From NCBI GenBank assembly GCA_013265495.1, contig MU058824.1:682001-746000 (forward strand): a stretch of 64,000 bases of DNA, in the 5' to 3' direction. This document shows, piece after piece, positions 51,990 through 64,000 of the stretch (the first letter of the stretch is position 1; each line of letters begins with the position of its first letter). The notes under the pieces were generated by a model. The model saw only the letters and a list, made by a program, of their open reading frames with translations. It was not told the DNA's origin and ran no database searches. Source of the stretch: Vicugna vicugna (Eukaryota). Both the position numbers and the translations under genes were made by a program.

Positions 51990-54900
51990 ATATTCCACTC
52001 AATAAATATTTTTTGACTGCCTACTTTGCAAATGACTGTGCTGAGTTCTATGGAAATATAAAAAAAGAATAAACATTAACCTTACCTTTGGTGTCTGTGG
52101 TTCAGTGGAATGCAAGATTAAACAGATACAGGAGTTTTTAAAGTCTTGGGCAAATGTTCACGATAACGTTAAACTAAATAAATGGCACACAAAATTACAT
52201 ATTCATTATGATTTCAAGTCTATAAAAAATCCTCAGATTAGAAGAAAATATGCTAAAATGTTAAAATAAAAAAACGCTAATCACATCAGGGTGAAATTAT
52301 GGTGAGTCCCACCCCTATCCCACCCATCTTCTGTATACTTTCACGTACTTACCAATTTTGTGTTGTAAAATACGTCCTCATGTTTTGCAATTATTAAAAA
52401 AACTAAATTAATTACATCCAATTTTCTGGCATTTTTGTCTTGTGCTTATTGATTGCCATTGCTTTTGACCGCCTATTCTTTTTTAACACGTACTTGAGTT
52501 CTATGAATTTGTACTTTTCTAGCTCTTTCTCATCTTGTGTTTCTCTTTCTGCCTCCCTAGCTCCCAACTTTGTGTCTCTAAGGCTGTCTCCTTAGCCCTT
52601 AGCTCTCTCTGGGACTAGTCTGTGCACAGGCTAAGGGGTCTCAAGTGTGCCTTCGATGACCTTGTCAGCACATCCTATTCCTGAATCAGGACACTGGAGT
52701 CCACTTCTCTAAAGAGGATGAGGAGCTCCCCTGTCACACACATGTGCTCTGGCCTTACAACAGCAGATCATTTCGAAGTTCATGTGAGGCAGCAGGGCAA
52801 AGAGAGGGAACTGGGTCTTAACTGAGCTGAAATTCTGTTTCCTCATTTGTAACGTTGTAGCTAGGGTTATTATGAAGCTTCAAAGAGTTAAAACATGTGA
52901 AGCTCCCAGCATGGTGCCCACATGCAACAGCTACTCCAGGAAAGCTCTTTCCCATTGTTTCCTCTTTCCTCCATTTTTACTATCTGCCTGAAGAAAAGAA
53001 TGACAATCTTCAGGGCATACTGTCTGCAGTTCTTATTATATACATCTATTAAAGATCCAGTTAATCTATTTTGGTTGCCATCGAAGCAAAGGATTGCCAT
53101 TAAAATGTCTATTTATGAAAACGGAACAGAGTACTTTATTGATCCGCCAATTAGTAGCGTTCTACTGTTTTGGTCTAGTTTCAGCTTTTGGGAGTTTCTT
53201 CTGCAGTTAGCAGAATGTCAGGGAATAAACAAATAAAACAAATGTATTCTGTGGGATTAAAACAGTGGCAAAAGGGATTATTGGAATTACTTAGTCTCAT
53301 TTTAGTGGTTTTCCTAAGGCCTGTTTTAGCTGTTTTTCTCTACCATTTATGAAGTTTGAGGATAGTAGGGTCCTGGGAAACAGCCCCAACAATATGCACT
53401 AGAGTATTGCAAATAATTATGATTTATCTTGCCAGAGGATACTTTTCTTTTCCCATTCTGATGTCCCTAGCATTAAAACAAGAGGCAGTGTGGTATAGTG
53501 GGGAGTATTTCGGACTTGAAGTCAGAGTAGCTGGATTTGCATTCAGGCTCCAAAGTATGAGAAATAATTCCTACTTAATAGGGCTAGTGTGAGAATTAAA
53601 TCAGTTAGCATCAATGAAATCATTTTTTAAATTCTAGGAATGTAAGTCGTTATTTCTTAGCCTGATACACAAATCATCCAGAAATGTCTGTCTCTAGGCT
53701 TCTTGATGTAGTTAAATATTTTTTTCTACCATGCTTGCCCTCTAAGCAATAGAAACAAAAGAAAAAGAGATAATTATCTTTAAAAATTCACAGCCGAAGA
53801 GCCTCAGCTGCTATATCTTTTGTCACTTAGCTAGTGTATGGCTTAGCGTGGATGCTCAATGAATGTTTATAGAATGAGTAATGAATGAAATAGATTTATC
53901 CCTCTCTTATAATAAGAATAAAGTCATGGTGACTTTTTAACACAGAGATAACCAAAATTCACTAACCATTCTTGAAAAGGAACCATGAAGCTGTGATCAA
54001 GTAGGACTAGAGCTCTTTGAACACTGCATACAATATATGCTAGCAGGTTTCAGGTTGGCTTCTAATTATTAGTTTCCGCTAATCTGTATTTTTTAACTAA
54101 CAAGCTTGAGTACTTTGTAGTTCACAATGCATTTTCATTTCAGTATCTGCTTTAATGTTACAGTGTTGTCTTTCTCCTGCATTATAGATGAGGAAATACA
54201 ATTTAAATAGAGTAACTTGTTTAAGGTATCATGGAACGCAAGAAGCAGAATTTGGCTGCGAGCATTGGTCCTTTGGGTCCAAGCCCAGGGCGCTGTGACC
54301 TAGGACTTCTTTTGCCATGGCTGCTGCTAATGTGGTACTTGAGTGTTTTGCCTCCGAGTTTCCCCACGGCCTAGGATGAGACACTGGGAGGCAGTTTGGT
54401 TCTGGAGGTGTGGAGGGGGAAGCTGGCTGTTCTACAATTGCTTGCTGAGCCATCTGTTCTCTCTTCCTCTTCAGAAATGATGCATTTGTTACTGTGGGCT
54501 GCTTTTGCTGAATACTTGGATTATGTCATTTTCCTTGGATGTCACATGTGGGGCATTTGGTGACATGCAATCCAGCCTACATTGGTTTCCCTACGTAATA
54601 TGATAGGTGCACGCACATTTGCTTTCATTTCAACGTCTGAACAATTTTAATGCCATTTAGACAAGAGTCACATGTCTGTGCAACAATAGAAGCCTTCACA
54701 TTTCCAACTTCCCTTTTTATATGATGCTAATAGAAATTGCAGGGAAAAAAATCAAACACACACATACACACACACATATACACAGCAAAAACAAACCAAA
54801 GAGAGCTACTGGTTAGGTAGGACACTGGTCAACCATGTTATCAGTAGCAGTAATTGTGTGTGGGAGGTTGTCTGTTATTTTACAACTTAGTATCCAGATC

Positions 54901-55615
54901 TCTTGATGTTTAGTAATAATTCTTAACAATGATCCTAGAACAATTTGTAAGTGAACCAGTGGTTGAAAGGCTTATGTATGGGTGGGGAATTAATTTTTAT
55001 CACTGTAGGAATATTTGGTAAGATGATTGGAAATCAACAGACTTCGGTTAGCACTGTTGCTAATTTCCTTTATGACCTTCAGGGAAGTAATGTCACGTCT
55101 CTGGGTCTCATTTGTCCCACCTATAAGATAATGAGTGCAAAAGATTTCTGATAGTTCTAACTCTGTGGCTCTATGATCAATTAATTTTGTAATATATAAG
55201 AATAAGGGCTGACATGCATGGGACGTATTTTCAAGGAACTGGGAAATGGCTCCATACATTCTGTTTTTCCCTTTGTGATTAGAAGGAAGGATTACAGAAG
55301 GGTTGTCAGGTTATGAAGATATCTCCAGGCATAGGCAGAGTATGGAATTCACTGTTTAGCTTATATGAGGTGATATTTTGGCAACAAAAGATTGGAAAAA
55401 TTCCATTTTTGAGAATGTGTTTAGCGTCTTCATGGTTCAATAGGATATTCAGAAACCCTGAAAACTTGATGATAGCTTATGTCAGATTCCTATTAAATTT
55501 ATTAATTCATTATTTCTTTATTCTTCAAATATATAGTGAGTACTTACTATGTGCCAATTGCTGTGCTATATGCTGGGATTCAAGAGGGAATTGAATTCAT
55601 TGCCTGTCCTCAAGG
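51990..55615. mobile_element. Scattered old fragments: L2 (51990-52120 -, 55495-55615 -), L1ME tail (52140-52400 +), MIRs (52790-52930 +, 53480-53655 +, 54100-54300 -, 55000-55175 +)
   Basis: Recognisable MIR cores and L2 termini separated by unique sequence. Confidence 0.55.
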
Positions 55616-56000
55616 AAGAAACTGTGTGGGGATGGGGGGTGAATGGTGAGGGGTATATGAGAACTCTGTACTTCCTGTACATTTTTTCTGTAAACCTAAA
55701 ACTGCTCTTAAAAAAAAAAAACAAGTCTATTAGAAGACTGATGGAGACTTATCAAAAGGACACAGGTACCAGCTTGAAGGAACTCCCATTCTGGGACAAT
55801 TAGAGCATCAAAAAAATTATTTTGATAGGTTATAATCCCTTGAATAAAGTAGAAATCCAAGAGCCCATACTGACTAAATAAATAAGTGAATAAATAAAAG
55901 AGCAAGTGGAGATTGAAAAGCTCTCCATTATATACCAAGTAATAAATGTGGACAGAATTACTTAATTAAAAGATCACCATTTAGCAATTCCACAAAGCAA
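55615..56000 (+). mobile_element. L1MC/MD 3' UTR pieces
   Basis: gagaactctgtact...ctgtaaacctaaaactgctcttaaaaaaa; caaaaggacacaggtaccagcttgaagg. Confidence 0.7.
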
Positions 56001-58927
56001 TAATAACAGTGTTTAGTGTGTATATGTGCTATGACCCAACAATAAATTCCTACAAAGATAAAAAGGGATGATGTACAAGGATGTAGTAAACAATTGAAGA
56101 TAAACTTGACTTTCTTCCTGCAGAGAATGGATAGATATCATGCTATACTACATGGTTAAAAAAAATCAATAAAGTTAAACGTATACAGCATAGATGTAGA
56201 TTTGATACACACATACACACATACGTAGTTTTAAATGAGAGGTTGTCAAACTTATTCAAAGTGATTGTGCCATTTTACATTCTGATCAGCAAGCTGTTTG
56301 AGTTCCAGTTCCTCCACATCCTCACTTACACTTGATATGGTCAGTTTATTTAATTTTATCCTTTCTAATAGATAAGGAATAGTATCTCATGTGGTTTTCA
56401 TTAGTATTTCTCTAATAACTAGTTACATTGAGTATCTTTTTTGTGTGCTTATTTCCCCCCCAATGTGTCTTCTTTAATTGTTCAAATGTTTTGTGCATTT
56501 TAATTGAGTTGCTTAGTTTTTTATTGAATTTTGAATCTTATATATTTTAGGTTTAAGTCCTTTATCATATATGGTATTTGTATAAGTACTTGTATTTATA
56601 TACCCATTATATACTTGTATTTATGTGTTTGTATTCCTATATACTCATATCTATATTCTAAGTATAAGTACTTTGAAAGTATGTTTTGCTAGTCTGATTT
56701 ATTTTTTCATTCTCTTAACAATGTCTTTCAAAGAGCAGAAGTTTCAAATTTTGATGACTTTTTTTCTTTTATGGATTGTGCTTTTGTTGTCCTATATAAT
56801 AAATTTTTGCATAACTCTAGGTCACAAAGATTTTCTCCTAATGAAATTTTCTTCTCCAAGTTTTATAGTTTTGAGTTTTACATGTGTATCTGTAATCCAT
56901 GATTCATTTGGAGTTAGTTTTTGTATGTGGTGCAAGGTATGGATCAAAGATTATTTCAAAAATATGGATATCTAACTTTTGTAGCACCATTGGTTGAAAA
57001 TGATCTTTTCTCCAATGAATTACTTTTGCATCAGTTAAAAAATTAGTTGTCCATATTTGTGTTGGTCCATTTCTGGTCTCTCTATTTCTGTTCCATTGAT
57101 TTAAGTCTGTATTTTCATCAATAACACACCCTTTTGATTGCTGTGGCTTTGTAAGTCTTTAAATAAGGTAGTGTTAATCCTCAAATTTTGTCTTTCTTTT
57201 TCAAACTTATTTGGCTGTTCTAGGTCCTTTGCATTTTTTATATGAATTTTAAAATTGGTTTGTTCATAGCTAGAAAGAAACATACTAGAATTTTCACTGG
57301 AATTGTGTGATATCTATGGATCAATTTAGGAAGAATTGAAGTCTTAGTAATATTGAGTCCTCCAATTTATGAATAAGATATACCTCTCCATTTATTTAGA
57401 TTTTTCCTTAATTTCTCTCAGCAATATTTTATATAAATATTGCTCATATTTTTTCAGATTTGCCCCCAAGTAAGAAATTCTTTATTTTGATATAGTAAAA
57501 TCCATCCATTTTTTTAACCTTATGGCTTGTGCATTTTGGATCTTATTTAAGAAAGCATTTTATATCTCTAGATCATAAAGATACTCTCATTTTATTCTGT
57601 TAGCCTTATAGCTTTACCTTTTATAGAAAGGTTTTTAATCCATCGTGAGTTCACCTTTGTATTTGGTATAAGGCAGGGAGTTCAACTTTATTTCTATCCA
57701 TATAGTGAGCCAATCTTTCCAATATCATCTAGAAAATTATTTTCCTCTTGTTTTAAAATGCACCTTTATCATATATCAAGTTCCCATACATACATGGATT
57801 TATTTCTGAGCTCTCCATTTGGTTCCATTGACCTATTTGACCTTGACCAGTACCATACTGTTTTGATTCCATTAGCTCTCTAGAATGTCATATGTGGTAG
57901 AGGAAATCACTCCCTCTTCTCCAAAAATTTATAAGCTATTTGGGAACTTTTATATCTTCTTATAGAGCTTGGATTATTTGTTTAAATGTTTTTTTTTAAA
58001 CTGACATGTTCTTTGTGACTGCATTGATTTTGTAAATAAAGTGGGAAGAACTGAGTGAGTTTAATCATCTCTCTGTGAATTTGGTATAGCATTCCATTTA
58101 CTGAAAATTTTTATGTTTTTTAATCGGGGTTTTCCTTTGTTCTCTGTTAGGTTGACCACTAGGTACCTTTTAGCTTTTTTTGTTGCATCTATGTATTATT
58201 TTCTAATACATAGTTGGTATTTGAATGCTATTGATTTTTATAAGATGACCTTGTTTCTGACAACCTTGCTGAATTCTCTTTTGTTGTATTTATCTATTTC
58301 ATTCAATTGTGGCCAGAGAATATACTTTGTATTATTTCAGTCCTTTTGCATTTATTGAGACTTTTTTTTGTAGCCTCACGTATGATCTGTCCTGGAGAAT
58401 GTTCAATTTGCGCTTGAGAAGAACGTATATCCTGCTGTTGAATGAAGTATTCCATTGATGTCTTTTAGGTCTAGTTGCTTGACAGTGTTGTTAGAATCTT
58501 CTCTTTCCTTTTTGGTCTTATGTCTAGTTGGTCTACCCATTATTAAAATCGAGGTGTGGAATTCTCTAACTAATATTGTTGAATTGTCTTATTTCTTCCT
58601 TCAATCTTGTCAGTTATTGCTTCATGTATTTATTGTTAGGTTCATATGTATTTATAATTGTTATATCTTTCTATTGAATTGACTCTTTTGCCATTTAACA
58701 ATGTTTTTATTTGTCTCTATTAACTCTTCTTAACTTAAAGTCTAGTTGTTTTTTTTTTCCTGATACTAGTATAGCCACTCTAGGTCTACTTTGTTCACAT
58801 AGCGTATTGCCTTCTATCCTTGCCTTTTCAACCTATTTGTCTTTGAATCTTTGTATGTATCTTATAGACAGCATACATAGTAGGCTCATGATTTTGTTTT
58901 TAACCATTTTGCCAATATCTGCTTTTT

Positions 58928-61900
58928 TTTAAACTTTTTTTTTATTGACTTATAGTCATTTTACAATGTTGTGTCAAATTCCAATGTAGAGCACACTTTT
59001 TCAGTTATACGTGAACATACATATATTCATAGTCACATTCTCTTTCGCTGTGAGCCACCACAAGATGCTGTATATATTTCCCTGTGCTACACAGTATAAT
59101 CTTGTTTATCTATTCTACATTTTGAAATCCTAGTCCCTTCCAACCCCCAGCCCCCCTGGCAACCACAAGTTTGTATTCTATGTCTATGAGTCTGTTTCTG
59201 TTTTGTATTTATGTTTTTTTTTTAGATTCTGTATATGAGTGATCTCATATGGTATTTTTCTCTCTCTTTCTGGCTTACTTAACTTAGAATGACATTCGCC
59301 AGTAACATCCATGTTGCTGCAAATGGCGTTATGTTGTCGGTTTTTATGGCTGAATAGTATTCCATTGTATAAATATACCACCTCTTCTTTATCCAGTCAT
59401 CTGTTGATGGACCTTTATGCTGTTTCCATGTGTTGGCTATTGTAAATAGTGCTGCTATGAACATTGGGGTGCAGGTGTCATTTTGAAGTAGGGTTCCTTG
59501 TGGATATATGCCCAGGAGCAGGATTCCTGGGTCATATGGTAAATCTATTCCTAGTCTTTTGAGGAATCTCCACACTGTTTTCCACAGTGGCTGCACCAAA
59601 CTGCATTCCCACCAGCAGTGCAGGAGGGTTCCCTTCTCTCCACAGCCTCTCCAACATTTTTCATTTGTGGACTTTTGAATGATGGCCATTCTGACTGGTG
59701 TGAGGTGATACCTCATTGTAGGTTTGATTTGAATTTCTCTGATAATTAGTGATATTGAGCATTTTTTTCATGTGCTTTTTGATCATTTGTATGTCTTCCT
59801 TGGAGAATTGCTTGTTTAGGTCTTCTGCCCATTTTTGGATTGGGTTGTTTATTTTTTCTTATTGAGTCATATGAGCTGCTTATATATTCTGGAGATCAAG
59901 CCTTTGTTGGTTTCATTTGCAAAAATTTTCTCCCAATCCGTAGGTTTTTGTTTTGTTTTACTTATGGTTTCCTGGGCTGTGCAGAAGCTTGTAAGTTTCA
60001 TTAGGTCCCACTTGTTTATTCTCGCTTTTATTTCTATTGCTTGAGTAGACTGTTCTAGGAGAACATTTATGAGATGTATGTCAGATAATATTTTGCCTAT
60101 ATTTTCTTCTAGGAGGTTTATTGTATCTTGTCTTATGTTTAAGTCTTTGATCCATTTTGAGTTTATTTTTGTGTCTGGTGTAAGAGAGTGTTCTAGCTTC
60201 TTTGTTTTACATGCTGCTGTCCACTTTTCCCAACACCATTTGCTGAAGAGACTGTCTTTACTCCATTGTATATTCTTGCCTCCTTTGTCAAAGATTAGTT
60301 GACCAAAGGTTTGTGGGTTCATTTCTGGGCTCTCTATTCTGTTCCATTGGTCCATATGTCTTTTTTTGTACCAATACCATGCTGTCTTGATGACTGTAGC
60401 TCTGTAGTATTGTCTGAAGTCTGGGAGAGTTATTCCTCCAGCCTCTTTCTCTTCAGTAATGCTTTGGCAATTCTATGTCTTTGATGGTTCCATAGAAATT
60501 TTATTATGATTTGTTCTAGTTCTGTGAAATATGTCCTGGGTAATTTGATAGGGATTGCAGTAAATCTGTAGATTGCCTTGGGCAGTGTGACCATTTTAAC
60601 AATATTGATTCTTCCAATTCAAGACTATCAGATCTCTTTTCATTTTTTAAAGTCTTCTTTAATTTCCTTCATCAGTGTTTTATAGTTTTCTGTGTATAAG
60701 TCTTTCACCTCCTTGGTTAGATTTACTCCTAGCTATTTTATTACTTTGGGTGTTATTTTAAAGGGGATTGTTTTTTTCTTTTTCTGTTGATTCATCATTA
60801 GTGTAAAGAAATGCAACTGATTTTTGAACGTTAATCTTGTAATCTGCTACCTTGCTGAATTCTTTGATTATTTCTAGTAGTTTTTGTGTGGACCTTTTAG
60901 GTTTTTCTGTGTATGGTATCATGTCATCTGCATATACTGACACTTTTACCTCTTCTTTTCCAATTTGGATCCCTTTTATTTCTCTCTGTTGCCTGATTTC
61001 TGTGGCTCGGACGTCCAAGACTATGTTGAATAGGAGTGGTGATAGTGGACAGCCTTGTCTTGTCCCAGATTTTAGTGGGAAGCTTTTGAGTGTTTCACCG
61101 TTGAGTACTATGCTGGCTGTAGGTTTGTCATATATAGCTTTTATGATGTTGAGATATGTTCCCTCTATACCCACTTTGGTGAGAGTTTTTATCATAAATG
61201 GGTGTTGAATTTTATCAAAAGCTTTTTCTGCATCTATTGAGATGATCATGTGGTTTTTGTCCTTTCTATTGTTGATGTGATGTATTACATTGATTGATTT
61301 GCATATGTCGAACCATCCTTGTGTCCCTGGGATGAACCCCACGTGATCATGATGTATAATCTTTTTTATGTGCTGTTGGATTCTATTTGCTAGTATTTTG
61401 GTAAGGATTTTTGTATCATGTTCATCAGTGATATTGGTCAGTAATTCTCTTTTTTGGTGGTTTTGCCTAGTTTTGGTATCAGGGTGATGGTTGCTTCATA
61501 GAATGAGTTTGGGAGTATTCTCTCTTTTTCAATCTTCTGGAAGAGTTTGAGGAGGACTAGTATGAGTTCTTCTTTGTATGTTTGGTAGAATTCCCTGGTG
61601 AAGCCTTCCAGTCCTGGACTTTTATTTGTGGGGAGGTTTTTTATTGTTAATTCGATTTCATTTCTAGTAATTGGTTTGTTCAAGTGGTCAGTTTCTTCTT
61701 GATTCAGTGTTGGTGGACTGTATGTTTCCAGAAACTTGTCCATCTCCTCTAGGTTATCCAGTTTGGTTCCATATAGTTTTTCATAATATTCTCATATGAT
61801 ATTCTGTATTTCTATGTTATTTGTTGTAATTTCTCCATTTTCCTTTCTTACTTTGCTAATTTGTGCTCTCTCTTTTTTCTTCTTTGTGAGTTTGGCCAGA

Positions 61901-62729
61901 GGTTTGTCGATTTTACTTACTTTTTCAAAAAACCAGCTTTTGGTTTGATTGATTTTTCTATTGTTTTTTTAATCTCTGTTTTATTTATTTCCTCCCTGAT
62001 CTTTATTATTTCCTTCCTTCTGCTGACTTTTGGGCATTTTTGCTCTTCTTTCTCTAGTTCTTTTAGCTGGTGGATTAGATTGTTTATTTGAGATTGTTCT
62101 TCTTTTTTGAGGAAGGCCTGTATTGCTATAAACGTCCCTCTTAGCACTGCCTTTGCTGTGTCTCATAAGTTTTGTGTGGTTGTGTTTTCATTTTCATTTG
62201 TCTCAAGGTATTTTTAATTTCCACTTTGATTTCATCATTGACCCATTGGTTTTTTAAATAGCATATTGTTTAATCTACATGCTTTCCTTTTTTGTCTCCT
62301 TTGTTTCTCTGTAGTTGATTTCTAGTTTCATGGCATTGTGGTCAGTAAAGATAGTTGAGATAATTTTTATCTTTTTAAAATTGTTGAGGCTTCTTTTGTG
62401 CACAAGTACATGATCAATCCTAGAAAATGTTCTATGTGCACTTGAAAAGAATGCATATCCTATTTTTTGGGGGGTGTAATGCTCTGAAAATATCCACCAA
62501 ATCTAATTTTTCTATTGTATTATTTAATTTCTCTGTTGCCTTATTATTTTCTGTCTGGAAGCTCTGTCTAGTGGTGTTAACGTGATGTTAAAATCTCCGA
62601 CAATGATTGTATTCCCATCAATTTCCCCCTTTATCTCTGTTTGTAGTTGTTTTATGTAGTTAGGTGCTCCTATGTTGGGTGCATATATATTAATGATTGT
62701 AATATCCTCATCTTGGATTACTCCTTTAA
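58928..62729 (-). mobile_element. Young lineage-specific L1, ~3.8 kb, 5'-truncated in the endonuclease domain, ORF2 disrupted
   Basis: ORF pieces cover the endonuclease (INIYAPN, GDFN), RT (60758-61342, YADDM) and C-terminal CWRGC...HCWWEC. TSD ttgccaat(a/c)tctgcttttt at 58909-58927 and 62730-62748. Confidence 0.98.
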
Positions 62730-63002
62730 TTGCCAATCTCTGCTTTTTGATTGGAGTGTTTAATCTATTTATAGTTATTGTAATTACTCATAAAGTAGGA
62801 TTTATATCTACCATTTTGTTTGCTATTTGTTTTCTACATGACAATCTTTTTTGTTCCTCTAGTATTCTATTACTGCTTTTTTGTGTTAAATAGATTTTTT
62901 TAGTATACCACTTTAATTCCTTTTTCATTTCTTTTACTATTTTTTGTGTTATTTTCTTAGTGGTTGTCCTGGAGGGTTAACATTTTTTTAACAATCCTTT
63001 TT

Positions 63003-63290
63003 TCTTTCTTAATTGGAGTACTGTCAGTTACAATGTGTCAATTTCTAGTGTGCAGCACAATGTCCCAGTCATGCATATACAGACATATATTTGTTTTCAT
63101 ATTTTTTCATTAAAGGTATTACAAGATATTGAACGTAGTTAGCTGTGCTATACTGCAGAAACTTTTTAAATCTATTTTTATATATAGTGGCTAATATTTG
63201 TAAATCTGCAACTCCCAAATTTATCCTTTCCCACTCCCTTTCCCCAGTAATCATAAGATTGTTTACTATGTCTGCAAGTCTGTTTCTGCA
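63003..63290 (-). mobile_element. 5'-truncated camelid-type L1 3' UTR (different subfamily)
   Basis: L1 3' UTR text. TSD taacaatcc(t/a)tttt at 62989-63002 and 63291-63304. Confidence 0.85.
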
Positions 63291-64000
63291 TAACAATCCA
63301 TTTTGGATTAATACAACTTTATTTTAATCGTATACAACTTTTTTCTCCCATGTAGCTTCATACCCCATACCCCACATCCTTTGTGCTATTATTATCATTT
63401 TACAAATTACATTTTTATACACTATAAGACTATTAATACAGTTTTTAAATTACTACTTTATGCAGTTGTTTTTTATATCTGATTGGAAAAGAAAAGATTT
63501 ACAAACAAAATACATTTATAGTATCGTTTATATTTACTTCTGTCGTTACCTTTACCTGTGCTCCCCTTTTCTTCCTGTGGATTCAAGTTATGGCCTAGTG
63601 TCCTTTATTTTCAGTCTGAAGGACTGACTCTCTTTAGCATTTCTTGTAAGGTAGATCTGCTTATGACCAATTCTTTGTTATTGTTAATCTGGGAGTGTCT
63701 TCTTCATTTTTGAAGAATAGTTTTGCTAGGTATAGACTTCTTGACAGTTTTTAGCACTTGATATGTCATTCTAGTGCCTTCTGTCCTGCCTGGTTTCTGA
63801 TGAAAAATCAGCTTTTAGTCTTACTGATAATATTTTAAATGTGATGGGTTCTTTCTTGCTACTTTCAAGATACTCTCTTTGTCTTTGACTTTTGTTTGAC
63901 AGTTTGATTATGATGTGTCTTGGTGTGGATCTCTTTACCCTAATTGGAGTCCATTGATCTTCTTGGATGTGTAGATTATTGGTTTTGGCTATTTCTTCAA

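Larger units (their letters stand above)
56230..64000 (-). mobile_element. Nested ancient L1M complex (host of two younger L1s)
   Basis: Antisense ORF2 pieces at 56230-58927. Host resumes at 62730-63002 and 63291-64000, running toward ORF1. Confidence 0.8.

Noticed and set aside
1130..63327. Remaining 60-140 aa ORFs in the track
   Set aside because: Most lie in repeats or low-complexity DNA, many use non-ATG starts, and none shows a recognisable domain. This is the background expected by chance.

Overview
This is AT-rich mammalian DNA, very probably from a camelid: two tRNA-derived SINEs match the camelid vic-1 type, and the young L1s have cetartiodactyl-type 3' UTRs. Most of the window is transposable-element debris. 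It includes ancient L2, MIR, CR1/L3, L4, L1ME/HAL1, MaLR/ERVL LTRs and hAT MITEs, plus two young 5'-truncated L1 copies in opposite orientation (16.3-18.8 kb on +, 58.9-62.7 kb on -). Those two L1s account for the clearly protein-like ORFs in the track. I found no recognisable intact cellular gene, RNA gene, CRISPR array or prokaryote-type system. The best unexplained signal is a compact minus-strand 4-exon model at 24.1-25.7 kb. It has canonical splice sites, compatible phases and a Kozak ATG, giving 98 aa, or 147 aa if one TAG is repaired. It may be a small unannotated gene, a unitary pseudogene or a lncRNA. Weaker minus-strand exon-like relics lie near 30-31, 35 and 44 kb. Repeat family names come from recalled consensus motifs, not a database search, and boundaries are approximate unless a target-site duplication (TSD) is given.
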